A stretch of 60,000 nt of DNA from the NCBI RefSeq assembly GCF_037042905.1, contig NC_087246.1:8868001-8928000 (forward strand), read 5' to 3'. Below, one piece after another: positions 12,501-22,300 of the stretch (position 1 is the stretch's first letter; every line of letters begins with the position of its first letter). Made by a program: the position numbers and the translations under genes. This DNA comes from Lytechinus pictus (lineage: Eukaryota). Below the pieces are notes generated by a model that saw only the letters and a program-made list of their open reading frames with translations, searched no databases and was not told where the DNA came from.

Positions 12501-15500
12501 GTGGGTTTTGAACAATGACAAGCCGCCATGCCTCAGCTGGATCAAAGCTATTGCTTTGATACAGTACACGTATGGGAGAAAGTATACAGATGTGTAAAGT
12601 TATACATGTACAACAGCATTGGCAACTCTTTTTATTTAAATATTGTAAAGAAATGGATGAAGAGAACAATGGTAGGCGTAGCTTAAATCAAGGTTCCCCA
12701 GAGCTATCTACCCTTTGGAAAAATTGGTGATGCCGAAAAAATGTCTCTGCCGGGAATCGAACCCGGGCCCCCAGCTTTGAACGCCGGTGCCTTAACCACT
12801 AGACCACAGAGACGGGTAAGTGGCTAGGGCGACCCCGATCCGATTGACCGTCAGATAGACAGATTTTCGATACTACACCAATTATAATTTCCTTTGTCGG
12901 GTGAAGGTGGGTTTTGAACAATGACAAGCCGCCATGCCTCAGCTGGATCAAAGCTATTGCTTTGATACAGTACACGTATGGGAGAAAGTATACAGATGTG
13001 TAAAGTTATACATGTACAACAGCATTGGCAACTCTTTTTATTTAAATATTGTAAAGAAATGGATGAAGAGAACAATGGTAGGCGTAGCTTAAATCAAGGT
13101 TCCCCAGAGCTATCTACCCTTTGGAAAAATTGGTGATGCCGAAAAAATGTCTCTGCCGGGAATCGAACCCGGGCCCCCAGCTTTGAACGCCGGTGCCTTA
13201 ACCACTAGACCACAGAGACGGGTAAGTGGCTAGGGCGACCCCGATCCGATTGACCGTCAGATAGACAGATTTTCGATACTACACCAATTATAATTTCCTT
13301 TGTCGGGTGAAGGTGGGTTTTGAACAATGACAAGCCGCCATGCCTCAGCTGGATCAAAGCTATTGCTTTGATACAGTACACGTATGGGAGAAAGTATACA
13401 GATGTGTAAAGTTATACATGTACAACAGCATTGGCAACTCTTTTTATTTAAATATTGTAAAGAAATGGATGAAGAGAACAATGGTAGGCGTAGCTTAAAT
13501 CAAGGTTCCCCAGAGCTATCTACCCTTTGGAAAAATTGGTGATGCCGAAAAAATGTCTCTGCCGGGAATCGAACCCGGGCCCCCAGCTTTGAACGCCGGT
13601 GCCTTAACCACTAGACCACAGAGACGGGTAAGTGGCTAGGGCGACCCCGATCCGATTGACCGTCAGATAGACAGATTTTCGATACTACACCAATTATAAT
13701 TTCCTTTGTCGGGTGAAGGTGGGTTTTGAACAATGACAAGCCGCCATGCCTCAGCTGGACCAAAGCTATTGCTTTGATACAGTACACGTATGGGAGAAAG
13801 TATACAGATGTGTAAAGTTATACATGTACAACAGCATTGGCAACTCTTTTTATTTAAATATTGTAAAGAAATGGATGAAGAGAACAATGGTAGGCGTAGC
13901 TTAAATCAAAGTTCCCCAGAGCTATCTACCCTTTGGAAAAATTGGTGATGCCGAAAAAATGTCTCTGCCGGGAATCGAACCCGGGCCCCCAGCTTTGAAC
14001 GCCGGTGCCTTAACCACTAGACCACAGAGACGGGTAAGTGGCTAGGGCGACCCCGATCCGATTGACCGTCAGATAGACAGATTTTCGATACTACACCAAT
14101 TATAATTTCCTTTGTCGGGTGAAGGTGGGTTTTGAACAATGACAAGCCGCCATGCCTCAGCTGGATCAAAGCTATTGCTTTGATACAGTACACGTATGGG
14201 AGAAAGTATACAGATGTGTAAAGTTATACATGTACAACAGCATTGGCAACTCTTTTTATTTAAATATTGTAAAGAAATGGATGAAGAGAACAATGGTAGG
14301 CGTAGCTTAAATCAAGGTTCCCCAGAGCTATCTACCCTTTGGAAAAATTGGTGATGCCGAAAAAATGTCTCTGCCGGGAATCGAACCAGGGCCCCCAGCT
14401 TTGAACGCCGGTGCCTTAACCACTAGACCACAGAGACGGGTAAGTGGCTAGGGCGACCCCGATCCGATTGACCGTCAGATAGACAGATTTTCGATACTAC
14501 ACCAATTATAATTTCCTTTGTCGGGTGAAGGTGGGTTTTGAACAATGACAAGCCGCCATGCCTCAGCTGGATCAAAGCTATTGCTTTGATACAGTACACG
14601 TATGGGAGAAAGTATACAGATGTGTAAAGTTATACATGTACAACAGCATTGGCAACTCTTTTTATTTAAATATTGTAAAGAAATGGATGAAGAGAACAAT
14701 GGTAGGCGTAGCTTAAATCAAGGTTCCCCAGAGCTATCTACCCTTTGGAAAAATTGGTGATGCCGAAAAAATGTCTCTGCCGGGAATCGAACCCGGGCCC
14801 CCAGCTTTGAACGCCGGTGCCTTAACCACTAGACCACAGAGACGGGTAAGTGGCTAGGGCGACCCCGATCCGATTGACCGTCAGATAGACAGATTTTCGA
14901 TACTACACCAATTATAATTTCCTTTGTCGGGTGAAGGTGGGTTTTGAACAATGACAAGCCGCCATGCCTCAGCTGGATCAAAGCTATTGCTTTGATACAG
15001 TACACGTATGGGAGAAAGTATACAGATGTGTAAAGTTATACATGTACAACAGCATTGGCAACTCTTTTTATTTAAATATTGTAAAGAAATGGATGAAGAG
15101 AACAATGGTAGGCGTAGCTTAAATCAAGGTTCCCCAGAGCTATCTACCCTTTGGAAAAATTGGTGATGCCGAAAAAATGTCTCTGCCGGGAATCGAACCC
15201 GGGCCCCCAGCTTTGAACGCCGGTGCCTTAACCACTAGACCACAGAGACGGGTAAGTGGCTAGGGCGACCCCGATCCGATTGACCGTCAGATAGACAGAT
15301 TTTCGATACTACACCAATTATAATTTCCTTTGTCGGGTGAAGGTGGGTTTTGAACAATGACAAGCCGCCATGCCTCAGCTGGATCAAAGCTATTGCTTTG
15401 ATACAGTACACGTATGGGAGAAAGTATACAGATGTGTAAAGTTATACATGTACAACAGCATTGGCAACTCTTTTTATTTAAATATTGTAAAGAAATGGAT

Positions 15501-15655
15501 GAAGAGAACAATGGTAGGCGTAGCTTAAATCAAGGTTCCCCAGAGCTATCTACCCTTTGGAAAAATTGGTGATGCCGAAAAAATGTCTCTGCCGGGAATC
15601 GAACCCGGGCCCCCAGCTTTGAACGCCGGTGCCTTAACCACTAGACCACAGAGAC
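562..15655 (-). tRNA. 38 further copies of the UCA-anticodon tRNA-like gene at 156+406n..227+406n (last copy 15584-15655)
   Basis: The copies appear identical except the one at 14366-14437, which has a T-stem substitution at 14388. Confidence 0.7.
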
Positions 15656-15724
15656 GGGTAAGTGGCTAGGGCGACCCCGATCCGATTGACCGTCAGATAG
15701 ACAGATTTTCGATACTACACCAAT

Positions 15725-15769
<45 letters not shown>

Positions 15770-15910
15770 TCATATATGTACAACAGCTTTGGCAACTCTT
15801 TTATTTAAATATTTTGTGAAAGAAATGGATGAAGAGAACAATGGTAGGCGTAGCTTAAGTCACGGTTCCCCAGAGCTATCTGCCCTATACATATATATAT
15901 GTATATATAT
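15725..15910. repeat. (TA)n/(TG)n microsatellites bracketing a diverged, tRNA-less partial copy of the array unit (about 15766-15886)
   Basis: TGTACAACAGCTTTGGCAACTC...GGTTCCCCAGAGCTATCTGCCCT aligns to unit positions about 15-128 with several substitutions and indels. Confidence 0.9.
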
Positions 15911-16063
15911 AAAAGAGGCAAAGTGGTAATGCATTGTACTTAGTTCCAACAGAGTTTATTCTTAAGTCCAAATTTTCGACGTAAAACACACGTCTTCTTC
16001 AGGAATACAATAAAGCTCACAGTGACAAGAATTGAAATAATAACATTCATGATTATGGTAGTC

Positions 16064-16137
16064 ATGGAACCGCGCACAAAACAGCATCACCATCATAATA
16101 AAAACATACTTGAGGCGCAGGCTGTAAAAATTATTGC
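16064..16137 (+). CDS. Candidate first coding exon of the Dispatched-like gene
   Basis: Encodes MEPRTKQHHHHNKNILEAQAVKII followed by GC|GTAAGT. The phase-2 donor matches the phase-2 acceptor at 19001. In-frame ATGs also occur at 16049 and 16055. No homology support. Confidence 0.45.
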
Positions 16138-16329
16138 GTAAGTGAGGACATCATCATCATTGTTATATCACAATCACTTGTTAATGACGTAACCACAATT
16201 ACAGAAAATGATCAAGTAATAACAAAGTTCTGGTTATTTGAAATAAGGCTTGAATTTCAATTTCATAAAATGAAGAGGTTGTACAGGCTAGCGTTCAGCC
16301 TCACTCGACACTCCGTTTTGTTGACGATC

Positions 16330-16750
16330 AGCCATGCATTAATAAGTCTTTTGTTAACCGTGCGATAGCTTCTGCGGGAAACCGATGAAAACACGTTTAT
16401 TTAAAATGAAATTATGGAAATACAAGCATTGTTTCGAGGGAACATAACTTTTTTACTTCTTGACCATTTTCTGTGATTAAGGTATCAAATAAAAGAACAG
16501 ATATTGAACTGTTTAGCCATGTGGTTTTCTTTTTGAAATTCAGATACCCCCCGCCAAATGAGTTTTTGATATCCTTTCTTCAAATAGTTTTTGCTCCTTC
16601 ATGCGTGAATGAGGAATAATCTAAATAATTTCAGATAAAAGAGTGGATTCTAAGCTTTGCATTGGTAGGTCATTTGTCTATTTTATTTATAATTAAGTTA
16701 TGATAAATCATCGCTAAATCTCGGTTTCGTTTTTTGTGGGACGCACTGTA
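16330..16750 (-). mobile_element. Fragment of a Tc1/mariner-like non-autonomous DNA element (only one terminus seen; left boundary approximate)
   Basis: Minus strand begins TA-CAGTGCGTCCCACAAAAAACGAAACCGAG, a TA + CAGTG terminus. Confidence 0.4.
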
Positions 16751-17292
16751 TATGAAAATGATGACTATCTTCCTATTCCTCTTCCTAAGCTCGAGATGAA
16801 ACTTGTCGATATTCCAATCTTAATAAAGGGACAATTCGATTATTAGGAATTCGTGGATATATTATTATCATATTTATTAATCGAAGAAGCCTAATGAGAG
16901 CGTGAAATTTGTTGATATTAAGGCCTGAATACTGGAAATTTTAAGTACTTTTATAACTATGAATAGGATGCATAGGTTAATATATTTTTAACAATCGATG
17001 CGAGCGCAAATCTCGAATTGAAATTGTTGATCAACTGTCATGGAAAAGGTTTTTTTTTAAGTAGTTTGTTAGAATTAATTTAGAGATATACATAACTCAC
17101 CTGGATCCGCCTAAAGGGGGCTTGCCATTTTCTTGTTCATTCATTGGCAGAAAAGAATTCTATGCCTATATGATGAGATTTCTGCGTAAATGTAGGGTCT
17201 ACCTTAAGAAAAGTTGCAATGATAGCTGGAATCATTTCCCGCGCTCTCGGAGATTTCATGATTTAAAAACTAGATGTAAAAACTAAATTTTA

Positions 17293-18465
17293 TATTCAAT
17301 TCAATTCAATCTTTATTTCACAAATAGGATAAAAATACAAAGAAACATCAAATAATGTGATTAGATAATAAAATGAATTGCGTGGCTTTCCATGAAGGTT
17401 ATAAGAAACCTGTAAGGCTGGATCGCCAAAACATAGTAAAAACAGAACAATGTTGATAAAAGAAAAACAGAATGTCATATCATTATAATAAATACAATGT
17501 AGGAACAGGGAGAAAAACACTTAGAATACAAAAAGACACGAATTGAAAGTGGGGGGGGGGGTAAATACGGTACAAGTAATGCATTGATATCAACTGTGAA
17601 AATCAATAATCATTTACTAGAAATTTGTTGTACTGTTTTCTAAAGGAAGATATAAATTGTGAATTAGTTATTATTTGGGGAATCTCATTCCATTGTTTGG
17701 GACCTACATAACTCAATGATTTAGCTTCGTGACTAGACTTGATAGACCATAAATGAAATTTATTGGAAGAACGGGTATTATGATTATGAACTTGATTATT
17801 GTATTGAAAAAGATCAGAAAAAAGGAGTGGGTAACAACCTCTTCTTGTACTTATACATAAATATTACGAGATCTTGCTTATTAATATCATATATATATAA
17901 TTAAGGACAGTTTTTTAAATAAAGGTGCGGATGGTGCTAAGTAATGGGAATCGGTAATTATTCTTAAACATTTCTTTTGAATTTTGAATATTGAGTCCAA
18001 TTCATATGAGGTTACATTGGTAGCCCATGCAGACAATATTGCAATATTTTAAATAAGGGAAAATTATGGAATGGTATAGAGTTATCAGATTTTTATGAAG
18101 CAAACTATGCTTAAGTTTGTAAATTAAACCAGTATTCCTACTTATCTTATGTAATACATTTATCATATGGTACTTAAACTCAAAAGATTATCCAATGTGA
18201 CACATAGAAAGTTAATAGAATTACTTAATTCGATACGTTTATTGTCGATATAAATATGAATATGAGCGTTGTAAATTGGATTAAAATTATTAGATTTGTC
18301 AGTATGGGTTCGTGTTAAAGATTTATTTTTTTGAAAATAGATGAATCTAGTTTTATTGATATTCAGGGACAACTTATTTGCTTTTAACCAGTCGGAAACA
18401 TTTTGGAGTTCATTGTTCAGGATGTGGATGGTATTATTTAAATCTTTAGAAGAATAAAAAAATAT
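17293..18465 (-). mobile_element. Degenerate 3' fragment of a CR1/L2-group LINE
   Basis: Minus-strand translation gives LNNELQNVSDWLKANKLSLNINKTRFIYF...NFLCVTLDNLLS, the C-terminal RT region, followed by stops and frameshifts. The fragment ends in AATAAA plus a (TTGAA)n tail near 17293-17318. Confidence 0.8.
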
Positions 18466-19000
18466 TTTGTTTGGTTAATTCGCTGATTTCTGTGTACATT
18501 ACAATTTTATTTCATTTTTGCACTTACGGAATTATTGGGGGGCAAAACGATATGCTTGACTCTGGTTTTACACCGAACTCAACAATGTTTTATACCGCAG
18601 GGACTCCTGTTGCGACACATTTTGGTAAATTACCAACATGTATAGTTACGCCACATTTAAGGTGTTCAATTTACCAAAACGTGGAAATCCAAGTTTTCTA
18701 CAGATTAGTTAGTTAATAACTTAATATAATTATGTTATATGCTTAATATAGGAGCGCATTGAGCACCTAGCAAGGTGGATACGTGCGCTATACAAATCCT
18801 ATATTATTTATTACTATTATTATTATCATGTATTATTATAACTGTCGGGCAAGAACTTCACGATGGAAATGATGATTTAACTATGACATCAATTTAAATA
18901 CATTTCGAAAAAGTTGGTCAGTACGTGACATGAAGTAGAGTATCGTTCTGGTAATGATATTGATGACGTATATTCATGACATTATCCATTCGTGTTGCAG

Positions 19001-19320
19001 ACATGCTCGACTCTTCACGAGGATTCCATGTATTATGATTTTCTTACAAATCATAATGATGGCGCTTCTAACCTTCCTTACTGTTTACATCCACGGACCA
19101 CCAACATTTGACGATGCATCAAGTGTAAGTAGGCTTTTACATTTTAGAGTACGAGTATGCGTTCGTGTGGGTAGGTGGGGGAGGGATGTATTGCATGCAA
19201 AATATCCAACCGTTTAACTGTAGGACATTATTTTGTAACCACAATTTGAATACTGCAAGTTTTTTTTATATATACATAAACACACATACCCACACACACA
19301 CACACCCCCCACACACCCTT

Positions 19321-19361
<41 letters not shown>

Positions 19362-22300
19362 CATATATACTTGAAAAGATGCTAATACAGCAAGAAAGCA
19401 TGGAGGCGAGGCCTGGTCTGCGTTTCTTCAGATTTAATTACGAGCTTCCGGCCATTGATCTGAAGGTGTATTAGAGAAACAAAGGGCCACAATGTACAAA
19501 TAAATTCAACATGTGAGGATATTACCAAATCATATACATAAAAGCTTACGTGCACATACGATCCCCGCCTCAGATTTATTTTCATTCACTTTTACACTTA
19601 TATACATATATATATATAAATACCCACAGATCACCTGAATGGTCAAGCATTTACTCTAAAATTCAAGGTAAGAAACCTGCAATTTAGTATATAATACAAT
19701 TTTCCATAGGAAGACTACATATATTTACGTTCTTGTTATACCTTTTGAACATATATTGTTTAATTATTAGCTCTATGAGGTATTTCTAGGATTGATACAG
19801 GGTGTGTGAGGGTGTGTGTGTGTGTGTGTGCATGAATAGGTATGTGAAAGGATGCGCGAGCTAGGGTGTGTGATCATGGTAAGTGTGAGTGTGTGCAAAC
19901 GCGAGAGTACTTATGTGCTTACAAAGTGTGCGTACTTGTGAATATTAACATAATTTTAATATAAACCGTACATAATAGAAACCAACATCCTGACTAATAA
20001 ACCTATTTTTATGTTGTACATCATAGTTACATACATATAGAATCTGTCCACATAATATATGCTTAATGTTGTTTTCAGAAGACGTCTGTTTAAATATTTT
20101 CATAAGGCGCCTGCCAAACCGTGATTGACTTCAATAACTTTAATTTAACCTTACTCGAGTATCAGTCATGTAGTAACGTTTTTTGTGTGTATATGTATTT
20201 GGTAATATCCTCACATGCTGAATTTGTTTGTACAATATAGCCCTTTGTTTCTCTTGTACATCTTTGGATACATGAAGAAGGCCCAAAGGCCGGAAGCTCG
20301 TAATTAAGTCTGAAGAAACCCAGACCAGGCGGGGACCAGGATACGTCTCCTTGCTTTCTTGCTGTATTCGCTAGCATCTTTTCAATCATATACGACACAA
20401 AAGCACCAACGCAATATTTAGGTCCTTGCTCCTCACACACGCACACATACCCACACACCCCCACACACACAATATATATATATATATATATATATGCACT
20501 TCCAAAGGGAATATGGATATCATTAACCTGATCGCCAAATCTATTCCAAGCGTGCAGACAAGGTGAGTTCTTCGATAAAACTATAAAACTATATTTATTT
20601 CTCTTCGTTATACGAATGTTGCGTGTTTTCATTGATTAGCACATATTTGACAAAAAAACACCAAAAGCAACATATTAACGAAATTTTGTTATGAAGAAAA
20701 TGATCATACTCTTTTACATGGCCGACCCAACATACCTTCAAATAGAAAATTGCTCGATCAGCGTGGTCTAGCATAAAATGAGACATTTGTTGAGACATTT
20801 TTTTCGCTTGAAAATGAGAGTTTCTAGATTTTATTATTTAACATGATACCAATGCCATACTAAAGATATTTATGTTTTATTTAGAATGATTACATTTTCC
20901 ATTGTCACATGATTCGACAGGGTATTGAAGCTCGCGGGACTCCAATTCATGACCGCATAATTCCTCTAGAAAACATCTTTCTTGGATCTGACGTTATTTC
21001 TCCAAATCCAAACCTTTCCTTGGGTAGTTCTACCATCATGTCTACAGCCAGTGACTTCGATTCTACCACGAACTCAACAATATATACCGCCGGGACTCCT
21101 TCGATACCTATTTGTGGAAATCCAAGTAAGTAGTTTACGGATTCGTATGGTTAATGATGTACCCTCAATCACTTTACGATGGAAATGGTGATTTAAATAT
21201 TATATCAATTCAAATCCATTTTGAAAATGAAAGTGAAAAACTTCGAGAAAAATATTTTGGAGATGGTTTGATAAAAATCTATCAAAGAAAAAGAAAGTTA
21301 TGAAGTTTCAAGGTTTTTGACATGTGAAGTATAACATGTGACATAAATTCCACAAATTCTATTTTAATGGAACGTGATGAATAAAAATATATTTCTTATT
21401 GAAGGGGATATGAAATGATGTGTCTGATGATATATCGGCTACAAAAACATAAAATCTAATTTATTTGTAATTGTTATTTTGTGGAATTATATCGCGCGAC
21501 GTATGAAGGAGCTGTTTGTCTGTGACGTCATCATGAAATACAAAGTTAAAACATTCATAAGTTTGTTATTATATGACGGATTTTCATCGATCCTTCACCA
21601 ATTTTCTTTCTAATATTTGTACTTGTATTAAAACCAACTCATTGTCAGGGTGAATTTCCTCTACCTTGTGTCATACTCTCAACTGGCGTACAGTTGTGGG
21701 GCTTGGAGCCACCCCCCCCCCCCCCCAGAAAAAAAGTTTCACGATATTCTGAATATTTTGTCATAATCTATTAAAAAGTTAGATTTTGGTATTTCAAACA
21801 AGTTCAGAAAATTTGCTCGCTCGCTCTCGTCTTCTTCTGAGAACTTTTGTACCTTCCATCGTGTCTGAATCCTAAGAAATTTTGATTTCGCTACTGATTT
21901 TCATGATCTCATCGACCTATTTTACTAAATTGCAATTGATACACTAAAGATCTTAGTATATACTGGGAACGTTCGTACATAGTTTCTACATGTAATTACA
22001 ATTGCTTAATTGTTGCAATAGGCAATACATGATACAACATTCGTTAAAAGGACATGTGTTCAAACTCTTACAATCATTTATTGTTGCAGGTGGGAGTAGC
22101 TTTAGGGCTGTATACGCCCCCTCGTCTTCGACAGTGGAACTCTTAACACTTAAAACTCTACTATCTATGTGCCAACAAGATGACATCTTTGTGCGTAACA
22201 GTTCAACTTATGAGACGGTATGCACCAAGTTGTCTGATTCTTCGAACCAATGCTGTCCATCTTGGTCCATCCCAAACTACATAGGCGCCCTAGCCGGGAG

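Larger units (their letters stand above)
1..15727. repeat. Tandem array of a 406-bp unit (about 38.7 copies visible, continues beyond the left edge)
   Basis: The same sequence recurs every 406 bp (ORF track at 265+406n), differing only by a few SNPs. The array ends at ...CACCAATTA and runs into a (TA)n(TG)n microsatellite. Confidence 0.99.

Noticed and set aside
265..15511. Repeated 74-aa Cys-rich ORF (and 64-aa variant) in the array
   Set aside because: It starts at a non-ATG codon, has no recognisable domain, and recurs only because the DNA is repeated.
1..15727. CRISPR array, 5S rDNA/snRNA array or hammerhead retrozyme
   Set aside because: There are no variable spacers, no recognisable 5S or snRNA sequence, and no CUGANGA core on either strand of the unit.
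22002..22089. N-terminus of the 880-aa ORF
   Set aside because: This is open intron sequence upstream of the acceptor TTGCAG at 22089; the real N-terminus comes from upstream exons.
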